Positions 12,401 through 25,020 of a DNA stretch of 64,000 bases are shown here, piece after piece. Each line of letters begins with the position of its first letter. Position 1 is the stretch's first letter. Source of the stretch: Eledone cirrhosa (taxonomy: Eukaryota); the NCBI GenBank assembly GCA_964016885.1, contig OZ024740.1, forward strand, positions 16,430,001-16,494,000, written 5' to 3'. Both the position numbers and the translations under genes were made by a program. Under the pieces are notes generated by a model, which saw only the letters and a program-made list of their open reading frames with translations, made no database searches and was not told the origin of the DNA.

Positions 12401-15400
12401 TACAGGGAGACATCAGTGTAAATATGGTGTCTTCTGGACAGAGCTTTACAGGGAGACATTAGTGTAAATATGGTGCCTTCTAGTCAGAGATTTACAGGGA
12501 GATATCAGAGTAAATATGGTGGCTTCTAGACAAAGCTTTACAGGGAGACATCACTGTAAATATGGTGGCTTCTAGACAGAGGTTTACTGGGAGACACCAG
12601 TGTAAATATGGTGGCTTCTAGACAAAGTTTTACAGGGAGACATCAGTGTAAATATGGTGGCTTCTAGACAGAGCTTTACAGGGAGACATTAGTGTAAATA
12701 TGGTGGCTTCTAGATAGAGCTTTACAGGGAGACATCAGTGTAAAAATGGTTGCTTCTGGACAGAAGTTTACAGGGAGACATCAGTGTAAATATGGTGGCT
12801 TCTGGACAGCTGTTTACAGGGAGACATCAGTGTAAATATGGTGGCTTCTGGACAGAGGTTTACAGGGAGACATCAGTGTAAATATGGTGGCTTCTGCACA
12901 GAGATTTACAGGGAGATATCAGTGTAAATATGGTGGCTTCTGGACAGAGGTTTACAGGGAGACAGCAGTGTAAATATGGTGGGCCTAGACAGGTTTACAA
13001 GGAGAAATCTGTGTAAATACGGTGGCCTCTGGACAGATGTTTACAGGGAGACATCAGTGTAAATATGGTGGCTTCTAGACAGAGCTTTACAGGGAGACAT
13101 TAGTGTAAATATGGTTGCTTCTAGACAGAGGTTTACAGGGAGACATCAGTGTAAATATGGTAGCTTCTGGACAGAGGTTTACAGGGAGACATCAGTGTAA
13201 AAATGGTGGCTTCTGGACAGAGGTTTACAGGGAGACATCAGTGTAAATATGGTGGCTTCTGGACAGAGGTTTACAGGGAGACATCAGTGTATATATGGTG
13301 GCTTCTGGATAGAGGTTTACAGGGAGACATCAGTGTAAATATGGTGTCTTCTGGACAGAGGTTTACAGGGAGACATCAGTGTAAATATGGTGGCTTCTGG
13401 ACAGAGGTTTACAGGGAGATATCAATGTAAATATGGTGGCTTATGGACAGAGGTTTGCAGGGAGACATCAGTGTAAATATCGTGGCTTCTAGACAGAGCT
13501 TTACAGGGAGATATCAGAGTAAATATGGTGGCTTCTAGACAAAGCTTTACAGGGAGACATCAGTGTAAATATGGTGGCTTCTAGACAGGTTTACTGGGAG
13601 ACATCAGTGTAAATATCTTGGCTTCTAGACAAAGCTTTACAGGGAGACATCAGTGTAAATATGGTGGCTTCTAGACAGAGCTTTACAGGGAGACATCAGT
13701 GTAAATATGGTGGCTTCTAGACAGAGCTTTACAGGGAGACATCAGTGTAAATATGGTGGCTTCTACACAGAGCTTTACAGGGAGACATCAGTGTAAATAT
13801 GGTGGCTTCTAGACAAAGCTTTACAGGGAGACATCAGTGTAAATATGGTGGCTTCTAGACAAAGCTTTACAGGAAGACATCAGTGTAAATATGGTGGCTT
13901 CTGGATAGAGGTTTACAGGGAGACATCAGTGTAAATATGGTGGCTTCTAGACAGAGGTTTACAGGGAGATATCAGTGTTAATATGGTGGCTTCTGGACAG
14001 AGGTTTACAGGGAGACATCAGTGTAAATGTGGTAACATCTGGACAGAGGTTTGCAGGGAGACATCAGTGTAAATATGGTGGCTTCTAGACAGAGCTTTAC
14101 AGGGAGACATCAGTGTAAAAATGGTTGCTTCTTGACAGAGCTTTACAGGGAGATATCAGAGTAAATATGGTGGCTTCTAGACAGAGGTTTACAGGGAGAC
14201 ATCAGTGTAAATATGGTGGCTTCTGGACAGAGGTTTACAGGGAGACATTAGTGTAAATATGGTGGCTTCTGGACAGAGGTTTATAGGGAGATATCAGTGT
14301 TAATATGGTGGCTTCTGGACAGAGGTTTACAGGGAGACATCAGTGTAAATGTGGTGGCATCTGGACAGATGTTTACAGGGAGACATCAGTGTAAATATGG
14401 TGTCTTCTGGACAGAGCTTTACAGGGAGACATTAGTGTAAATATGGTGGCTTCTAGTCAGAGCTTTACAGGGAGATATCAGAGTAAATATGGTGGCTTCT
14501 AGACAAAGCTTTACAGGGAGACATCACTGTAAATATGGTGGCTTCTAGACAGAGGTTTACTGGGAGACTCCAGTGTAAATATGGTGGCTTCTAGACAAAG
14601 TTTTACAGGGAGACATCAGTGTAAATATGGTGGCTTCTAGACAGAGCTTTACAGGGAGACATCAGTGTAAATATGGTGGCTTCTAGATAGAGCTTTACAG
14701 GGAGACATCAGTGTAAAAATGGTTGCTTCTGGACAGAAGTTTACAGGTAGACATCAGTGTAAATATGGTGGCTTCTGGACAGATTTTTACAGGGAGACAT
14801 CAGTGTAAATATGTTGGCTTCTAGACAGAGGTTTACAGGGAGACATCAGTGTAAATATGGTGGCTTCTGGATAGAGGTTTACAGGGAGACATCAGTGTAA
14901 ATATGGTGGCTTCTGGACAGAGGTTTACAGGGAGACATCAGTGCAAATATGGTGGCTTCTGCACAGAGCTTTACAGGGAGATATCAGTGTAAATATGGTG
15001 GCTTCTGGACAGAGGTTTACAGGGAGACATCAGTGTATATATGGTGGCTTCTGGACAGAAGTTTACAGGGAGACAGCAGTGGAAATATGGTGGGCCTAGA
15101 CAGGTTTACAAGGAGACATCTGTTTAAATACGGTGGCTTCTGGACAGATGTTTACAGGGAGACATCAGTGTAAATATGGTGGCTTCTAGACAGAGCTTTA
15201 CAGGGAGACATCAGTGTAAAAATGGTGGCTTCTGGACAGAGGTTTACAGGGAGACATCAGTGTATATATGGTGGCTTCTGGATAGAGGTTTACAGGGAGA
15301 CATCAGTGTAAATATGGTGGCTTCTGGACAGAGGTTTACAGGGAGACATCAGTGTAAATATGGTGGCTTCTGGACAGAGGTTTACAGGGAGATATCAATG

Positions 15401-18400
15401 TAAATATGGTGGCTTATGGACATAGGTTTACAGGGAGACATCAGTGTAAATATCGTGGCTTCTAGACAGAGCTTTACAGGGAGATATCAGAGTAAATATG
15501 GTGGCTTCTAGACAAAGCTTTACAGGGAGACATCAGTGTAAATATGGTGGCTTCTAGACAGGTTTACTAGGAGACATCAGTGTAAATATCTTGGTTTCTA
15601 GACAAAGCTTTACAGGGAGACATCAGTGTAAATATGGTGGCTTCTAGACAGAGCTTTACAGGGAGACATCAGTGTAAATATGGTGGCTTCTAGACAGAGC
15701 TTTACAGGGAGACATCAGTGTAAATATGGTGGCTTCTACACAGAGCTTTACAGGGAGACATCAGTGTAAATATGGTGGCTTCTAGACAAAGCTTTACAGG
15801 GAGACATCAGTGTAAATATGGTGGCATCTGGACAAAGGTTTACAGGGACACATCAGTGTAATTATGGTGGCTTCTAGACAGAGCTTTACAGGGAGATATC
15901 AGAGTAAATATTGTGGCTTCTAGACAGAGGTTTACAGGGAGACATCAGTGAAAATATGGTGGCTTCTAGACGGAGGTTTACAGGGAGACATCAGTGTAAA
16001 TATGGTGGCTTCTGGATAGAGGTTTACAGGGAGACATCAGTGTAAATATGGTGGCTTCTAGACAGAGGTTTACAGGGAGACATTAGTGTAAATATGGTGG
16101 CTTCTGGACAGAGGTTTATAGGGAGATATCAGTGATAATATGGTGGATTCTGGACAGAGGTTTACAGGGAGACATCACTGTAAATGTGGTAGCATCTGGA
16201 CAGAGGTTTGCAGGGAGACATCAGTGTAAAAATGGTGGCTTCTGGACAGAGGTTTACAGGGAGACATCAGTGTAAAAATGGTTGCTTCTGGACAGAGGTT
16301 TACAGGGAGACATCAGTGTAAATATGGTGGCTTCTGGACAGAGGTTTACAGGGAGACAACAGTGTAAATATGGTGGCTTCTAGACAGAGATTTACAGGGA
16401 GACATCTGTGTAAATATGGTGGCTTCTAGACAGAGCTTTACAGGGAGATATCAGAGTAAATATGGTGGCTTCTAGACAAAGCATTACAGGGAGACATCAG
16501 TGTAAATATGGTGGCTTCTAGACAGAGGTTTACTGGGAGACATCAGTGTAAATATGGTGGCTTCTAGACAAAGCTTTACAGGGAGACATCAGTGTAAATA
16601 TGGTGGATTCTAGACAGAGGTTTACAGGGAGACATCAGTGTAATTATGATGGCTTCTAGACGGAGATTTACAGGGAGACATCAGTGTAAATATGGTGGCT
16701 TCTGGACAGAGGTTTACAGGGAGACATCAGTGTAAATATGGTGGCATCTGGACAAAGGTTTACAGGGACACATCAGTGTAAACATGGTGGCATCTGGACA
16801 GAGGTTTACAGGGAGACATCAGTGTAAATATGGTGGCATCTGGACAAAGGTTTACAAGGACACATCAGTGTAAATATGGTGGCTTCTTGACAGAGCTTTA
16901 CAGGGAGATATCAGAGTAAATATGGTGGCTTCTAGACAGAGGTTTACAGGGAGACATCAGTGTAACTATGATGGCTTCTAGACGGAGATTTACAGGGAGA
17001 CATCAGTGTAAATATGGTGGCTTCTGGATAGAGGTTTACAGGGAGACATCAGTGTAAATATGGTGGCTTCTGGACAGAGGTTTACAGGGAGACATTAGTG
17101 TAAATATGGTGGCTTCTGGACAGAGGTTTATAGGGAGATATCAGTGTTAATATGGTGGCTTCTGGACAGAGGTTTACAGGGAGACATCAGTGTAAATGTG
17201 GTGGCATCTGGACAGAGGTTTACAGGGAGACATCAGTGTAAATATGGTGTCTTCTGGACAGAGCTTTACAGGGAGACATTAGTGTAAATATGGTGTCTTC
17301 TGGACAGAGCTTTACAGGGAGACACCAGTGTAAATATGGTGGCTTCTAGACAAAGTTTTACAGGGATACATCAGTGTAAATATGGTGGCTTCTAGACAGA
17401 GCTTTACAGGGAGACATCAGTGTAAATATGGTGGCTTCTAGATAGAGCTTTACAGGGAGACATCAGTGTAAAAATGGTTGCTTCTGGACAGAAGTTTACA
17501 GGGAGACATCAGTGTAAATATGGTGGCTTCTGGACAGATGTTTACAGGGAGACATCAGTGTAAATATGGTGGCTTCTGGACAGAGGTTTACAGGGAGACA
17601 TCAGTGTAAATATGGTGGCTTCTGCACAGAGATTTACAGGGAGATATCAGTGTAAATATGGTGGCTTCTGGACAGAGGTTTACAGGGAGACAGCAGTGTA
17701 AATATGGTGGGCCTAGACAGGTTTACAAGGAGAAATCTGTGTAAATACGGTGGCTTCTGGACAGATGTTTACAGGGAGACATCAGTGTAAATATGGTGGC
17801 TTCTAGACAGAGCTTTACAGGGAGACATCAGTGTAAATATGGTTGCTTCTAGACAGAGGTTTACAGGGAGACATCAGTGTAAATATGGTAGCTTCTGGAC
17901 AGAGGTTTACAGGGAGACATCAGTGTAAAAATGGTGGCTTCTGGACAGAGGTTTACAGGGAGACATCAGTGTAAATATGGTGGCTTCTGGACAGAGGTTT
18001 ACAGGGAGACATCAGTGTATATATGGTGGCTTCTGGATAGAGGTTTACAGGGAGACATCAGTGTAAATATGGTGTCTTCTGGACAGAGGTTTACAGGGAG
18101 ACATCAGTGTAAATATGGTGGCTTCTGGACAGATGTTTACAGGGAGATATCAATGTAAATATGGTGGCTTATGGACAGAGGTTTACAGGGAGACATCAGT
18201 GTAAATATCGTGGCTTCTAGACAGAGCTTTACAGGGAGATATCAGAGTAAATATGGTGGCTTCTAGACAAAGCTTTACAGGGAGACATCAGTGTAAATAT
18301 GGTGGCTTCTAGACAGGTTTACTGGGAGACATCAGTGTAAATATCTTGGCTTCTAGACAAAGCTTTACAGGGAGACATCAGTGTAAATATGGTGGCTTCT

Positions 18401-18777
18401 AGACAGAGCTTTACAGGGAGACATCAGTGTAAATATGGTGGCTTCTAGACAGAGCTTTACAGGGAGACATCAGTGTAAATATGGTGGCTTCTACACAGAG
18501 CTTTACAGGGAGACATCAGTGTAAATATGGTGGCTTCTGGATAGAGGTTTACAGGGAGACATCAGTGTAAATATGGTGGCTTCTAGACAGAGGTTTACAG
18601 GGAGATATCAGTGTTAATATGGTGGCTTCTGGACAGAGGTTTACAGGGAGACATCAGTGTAAATGTGGTAGCATCTGGACAGAGGTTTGCAGGGAGACAT
18701 CAGTGTAAATATGGTGGCTTCTAGACAGAGCTTTACAGGGAGACATCAGTGTAAAAATGGTTGCTTCTGGACAGAGG
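9447..18777. repeat. Higher-order tandem duplication, ~102 monomers (offset ~4681-4728)
   Basis: GGGCCTAG monomers at 10410/15092 and 12981/17709. Near-identical ORF pairs at 10494/15176 and 13203/17931. Private variants (CAGGTAGAC, TACTAGGAG, CTACACAG, TGTTTAAATACGG) are shared between the copies. Confidence 0.88.
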
Positions 18778-21332
18778 TTTACAGGGAGACATCAGTGTAA
18801 ATATGGTGGCTTCTGGACAGAGGTTTACAGGGAGACATCAGTGTAAATATGGTGGCTTCTGGGCAGAGGTTTACAGGGAGACATCAGTGTAAATATGGTG
18901 TCTTCTGGACAGAGCTTTACAGGGAGACATTAGTGTAAATATGGTGGCTTCTAGTCAGAGCTTTACAGGGAGATATCAGAGTAAATATGGTGGCTTCTAA
19001 ACAAAGCTTTACAGGAAGACATCAGTGTAAATATGGTGGCTTCTAGACAGAGGTTTACTGGGAGACATCAGTCGAAATATGGTGGCTTCTGGACAGAGGT
19101 TTACAGGAAGACATCAGTGTAAATATGGTGGCTTCTGGACAGAGCTTTACAGGGAGACATCAGTGTAAATATGGTGGCTTCTGGACAGAGCTTTACAGGG
19201 AGATATCAGTGTAAATATGGTGGCTTCTGGACAGAGGTTTACAGGGAGACATCAGTGTAAATATGTTGGCTTCTGGACAGAGGTTTACAGGGAGATATCA
19301 ATGTAAATATGGTGGCTTATGGACAGAGGTTTACAGGGAGACATCAGTGTAAATATGGTGGCTTCTAGACAGAGGTTTACAGGGAGACATCAGAGTAAAT
19401 ATGGTGGCTTCTAGACAGAGCTTTACAGGGAGATATCAGAGTAAACATGGTGGCTTCTAAACAAAGCTTTACAGAGAGACATCAGTGTAAATATGGTGGA
19501 TTCTAGACAGGTTTACTGGGAGACATCAGTGTAAATATCGTGGCTTCTAGACAGAGCTTTACAGGGAGACATTAGTGTAAATATGGTGGCTTCTGGACAG
19601 AGGTTTACAGGGAGACATCAGTGTAAATATGGTGGCTTCTAGACGGAGGTTTACAGGGAGACATCAGTGTAAATATGGTGGCTTCTGTATAGAGGTTTAC
19701 AGGAAGACATCAGTGTAAATATGGTGGCTTCTGGACAGAGGTTTACAGGGAGACATCAGTGTAAATATCGTGGCTTCTAGACAGAGCTTTACAGGGAGAC
19801 ATTAGTGTAAATATGGTGGCTTCTTGACAGAGCTTTACTATGAGACATCAGTGTAAATATGGTGGCTTCTGGACAGAGGTTTACAATGAGACATCAGTGT
19901 AAATATGGTGACTTCTGGACAGAGCTTTACAGGGAGACATTAGTGTAAATATGGTGGCTTCAAGACAGAGCTTTACAGGGAGATATCAGAGTGAATATGG
20001 TGGCTTCTGGACAGAGGTTTACAGGGAGATATCAGTGTAAATATGGTGGCTTCTGGACAGAGCTTTACAGGGAGACATCAGTGTAAATATGGTGGCTTCT
20101 AGACAGAGGTTTACAGGGAGACATCAGTGTAAATATAGTGGCTTCTGGAGAGAGGATTACAGGGAGACATCAGTGTAAATATGGTGGCTTCTAGACAGAG
20201 ATTTACAGGGAGACATCAGAGTAAATATGGTGGCTTCTAGATAGAGGTTTACAGGGAGACAACAGTGTAAATATGGTGGCTTCTAGACAGAGATTTACAG
20301 GGAGACATCTGTGTAAATATGGTGGCTTCTAGACAGAGCTTTACAGGGAGATATCAGAGTAAATATGGTGGCTTCTAGACAAAGCATTACAGGGAGACAT
20401 CAGTGTAAATATGGTGGCTTCTAGACAGAGGTTTACAGGGAGACATCAGTGTAATTATGATGGCTTCTAGACGGAGATTTATAGGGAGACATCACTGTAA
20501 ATATGGTGGCTTCTGGACAGAGGTTTACAGGGAGACATCAGTGTAAATATGGTGGCATCTGGACAAAGGTTTACAGGGACACATCAGTGTAAACATGGTG
20601 GCATCTGGACAGAGGTTTACAGGGAGACATCAGTGTAAATATGGTGTCTTCTGGACAGAGCTTTACAGGGAGACATTAGTGTAAATATGGTGGCTACTAG
20701 TCAGAGCTTTACAGGGAGACATCAGTGTAAATATGGTGGCTTCTGGATAGAGGTTTACAGGGAGACATCAGTGTAAATATGGTGGCTTCTGGACAGATGT
20801 TTACAGGGAGACATCAGTGTAAATATGTTGGCTTCTAGACAGAGGTTTACAGGGAGACATCAGTGTAAATATGGTGGCTTCTGGATAGAGGTTTGCAGGG
20901 AGACATCAGTGTAAATATGGTGGCTTCTGGACAGAGGTTTACAGGGAGTCATCAGGGTAAATATGGTGGTTTCTGGACAGAGCTTTACAGGGAGATATCA
21001 GTGTAAATATGGTGGCTTCTGGACAGAGGTTTACAGGAGACATCAGTGTAAATATGTGGCTTCTGGACAGAAGTTTACAGGGAGACAGCAGTGTAAATAT
21101 GGTGGGCCTAGACAAGTTTACAAGGAGACATCTGTGTAAATATGGTGGCTTCTGGACAGATGTTTACAGGGAGACATCAGTGTAAATATGGTGGCTTCTA
21201 GACAGGTTTACTGGGAGACATCAGTGTAAATATCGTGGCTTCTAGACAGAGCTTTACAGGGAGACATTAGTGTAAATATGGTGGCTTCTTGACAGAGCTT
21301 TACAGGGAGACATCAGTGTAAATATGGTGGCT

Positions 21333-24300
21333 TCTGGACAGAGGTTTATAGGGAGATATCAGTGTTAATATGGTGGCTTCTGGACAGAGGTTTACAGGGA
21401 GACATCAGTGTAAATGTGGTGGCATCTGGACAGAGGTTTACAATGAGACATCAGTGTAAATATGGTGTCTTCTGGACAGAGCTTTACAGGGAGACATTAG
21501 TGTAAATATGGTGGCTTCTAGACAGAACTTCACAGGGAGATATCAGAGTGAATATGGTGGCTTCTGGACAGAGGTTTACAGGGAGATCTCAGTGTAAAAA
21601 TGGTGGCTTCTGGACAGAGCTTTACAGGGAGACATCAGTGTAAATATGGTGGCTTCTAGACAGAGGTTTACAGGGAGACATCAGTGTAAATATGGTGGCA
21701 TCTAGACAGAGGTTTACAGGGAGACATCAGTGTAAATATGGTGGCTTCTAGACGGAGGTTTACAGGGAGATATCAGTGTAAATATGGTGTCTTCTGGACA
21801 GAGGTTTACGGGGAGATATCAGTGTAAATATGGTGTCTTCTGGACAGAACTTTACAGGGATATATCAGAGTAAATATGGTGGCTTCTAGACAAAGCATTA
21901 CAGGGAGACATCAGTGTAAATATGGTGGCTTCTAGACAAAGCTTTACATGGAGACATCAGTGTAAATATGGTGGCTTCTAGAGAGAGGTTTACAGGGAGA
22001 AATCAGTGTAATTATGATGGCTTCTAGACGGAGATTTACAGGGAGACATCAGTGTAAATATGGTGGCTTCTGGACAGAGGTTTACAGGGAGACATCAGTG
22101 TAAATATGGTGGCTTCTGGACAGAGGTTTACAGGGAGACATCAGTGTAAATGTGGTGGCATCTGGACAGAGCTTTACAGGGAGACATTAGTGTAAATATG
22201 GTGGCTTCTAGACAGAGCTTTACAGGGCGATATCAGAGTGAATATGGTGGCTTCTGGACAGAGGTTTACAGGGAGATATCAGTGTAAATATGGTGGCTTC
22301 TCGACAGAGCTTTACAGGGAGACATCAGTGTAAATATGGTGGCTTCTAGACAGAGGTTTACAGGGAGACATCAGTGTAAATATGGTGGCTTCTAGACAGA
22401 GGTTTACAGGGAGACATCAGTGTAAATATGGTGGCTTCTGGACAGAGGTTTACAGGGAGACATCAGTGTAAATGTGGTGGCATCTGGACAGAGGTTTACA
22501 ATGAAACATCAGTGTAAATATGGTGTCTTCTGGACAGAGCTTTACAGGGAGACATTAGTGTAAATATGGTGGCTTCTAGACAGAGCTTTACAGGGCGATA
22601 TCAGAGTGAATATGGTGGCTTCTGGACAGAGGTTTACAGGGAGATATCAGTGTAAATATGGTGGCTTCTGGCCAGAGCTTTACAGGGAGACATCAGTTTA
22701 AATATGGTGGCTTCGGACAGAGGTTTACAGGGAGACATCAGTGTAAATATGGTGGCTTCTAGACAGAGGTTTACAGGGAGTCATCAGAGTAAATATGGTG
22801 GCTTCTAGACAGAGCTTTACAGGGAGATATCAGAGTAAACATGGTGGATTCTAAACAAAGCTTTACAGAGAGACATCAGTGTAAATATGGTGGCTTCTAG
22901 ACAGGTTTACTGGGAGACATCAGTGTAAATATCGTGGCTTCTAGACAGAGCTTTACAGGGAGACATTAGTGTAAATATGGTGGCTTCTGGACAGAGCTTT
23001 AGAGGGAGACATCAGTGTAAATATGGAGGCATCTGGACAGAGGTTTACAGGGACACATTAGTGTAAATATGGTGGCTTCTAGACAGAGCTTTACAGGGAG
23101 ACATCAGTGGTGTAAATATGGTGGCTTCTGGACAGAGATTTACAGGGAGACATCAGTGTAAATATGGTGGCATCTGGACAGAGGTTTATAGGGAGATATC
23201 AGTGTTAATATGGTGGCTTCTGGACAGAGGTTTACAGGGAGACATCAGTGTAAATGTGGTGGCATCTGGACAGAGGTTTACAATGAGACATCAGTGTAAA
23301 TATGGTGTCTTCTGGACAGAGCTTTACAGGGAGACATTAGTGTAAATATGGTGGCTTCTAGACAGAACTTCACAGGGAGATATCAGAGTGAATATGGTGG
23401 CTTCTGGACAGAGGTTTACAGGGAGATCTCAGTGTAAAAATGGTGGCTTCTGGACAGAGCTTTACAGGGAGACATCAGTGTAAATATGGTGGCTTCTAGA
23501 CAGAGGTTTACAGGGAGACATCAGTGTAAATATGGTGGCATCTAGACAGAGGTTTACAGGGAGACATCAGTGTAAATATGGTGGCTTCTAGACGGAGGTT
23601 TACAGGGAGATATCAGTGTAAATATGGTGTCTTCTGGACAGAGGTTTACGGGGAGATATCAGTGTAAATATGGTGTCTTCTGGACAGAACTTTACAGGGA
23701 TATATCAGAGTAAATATGGTGGCTTCTAGACAAAGCATTACAGGGAGACATCAGTGTAAATATGGTGGCTTCTAGACAAAGCTTTACATGGAGACATCAG
23801 TGTAAATATGGTGGCTTCTAGAGAGAGGTTTACAGGGAGAAATCAGTGTAATTATGATGGCTTCTAGACGGAGATTTAAAGGGAGACATCAGTGTAAATA
23901 TGGTGGCTTCTGGACAGAGGTTTACAGGGAGACATCAGTGTAAATATGGTGGCTTCTGGACAGAGGTTTACAGGGAGACATCAGTGTAAATGTGGTGGCA
24001 TCTGGACAGAGCTTTACAGGGAGACATTAGTGTAAATATGGTGGCTTCTAGACAGAGCTTTACAGGGCGATATCAGAGTGAATATGGTGGCTTCTGGACA
24101 GAGGTTTACAGGGAGATATCAGTGTAAATATGGTGGCTTCTCGACAGAGCTTTACAGGGAGACATCAGTGTAAATATTGTGGCTTCTAGACAGAGGTTTA
24201 CAGGGAGACATCAGTGTAAATATGGTGGCTTCTAGACAGAGGTTTACAGGGAGACATCAGTGTAAATATGGTGGCTTCTGGACAGAGGTTTACAGGGAGA

Positions 24301-25020
24301 CATCAGTGTAAATGTGGTGGCATCTGGACAGAGGTTTACAATGAAACATCAGTGTAAATATGGTGTCTTCTGGACAGAGCTTTACAGGGAGACATTAGTG
24401 TAAATATGGTGGCTTCTAGACAGAGCTTTACAGGGCGATATCAGAGTGAATATGGTGGCTTCTGGACAGAGGTTTACAGGGAGATATCAGTGTAAATATG
24501 GTGGCTTCTGGCCAGAGCTTTACAGGGAGACATCAGTTTAAATATGGTGGCTTCGGACAGAGGTTTACAGGGAGACATCAGTGTAAATATGGTGGCTTCT
24601 AGACAGAGGTTTACAGGGAGTCATCAGAGTAAATATGGTGGCTTCTAGACAGAGCTTTACAGGGAGATATCAGAGTAAACATGGTGGATTCTAAACAAAG
24701 CTTTACAGAGAGACATCAGTGTAAATATGGTGGCTTCTAGACAGGTTTACTGGGAGACATCAGTGTAAATATCGTGGCTTCTAGACAGAGCTTTACAGGG
24801 AGACATTAGTGTAAATATGGTGGCTTCTGGACAGAGCTTTAGAGGGAGACATCAGCGTAAATATGGAGGCATCTGGACAGAGGTTTACAGGGACACATTA
24901 GTGTAAATATGGTGGCTTCTAGACAGAGCTTTACAGGGAGACATCAGTGGTGTAAATATGGTGGCTTCTGGACAGAGATTTACAGGGAGACATCAGTGTA
25001 AATATGGTGGCATCTGGACA
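21333..25020. repeat. Near-perfect tandem duplication of 40 monomers (1840 bp)
   Basis: GACAGAACTTCAC at 21521/23361, CTTCGGACAG at 22711/24551 and CAGTGGTG at 23105/24945 all have offset 1840. Only a few differences seen. Confidence 0.93.

Noticed and set aside
21030-21060. Singleton 1-bp indels (also near 1925, 4660, 5040, 10103, 59875)
   Set aside because: Not shared by sister copies and mostly in short homopolymers, so they cannot be told apart from sequencing or consensus error.
22711-23112. Indels of -1, -2 and +3 sum to zero within the 1840-bp unit, suggesting phase compensation
   Set aside because: Other blocks have net -5, -6, +3 and +7 shifts, so phase is not conserved and this is coincidence.
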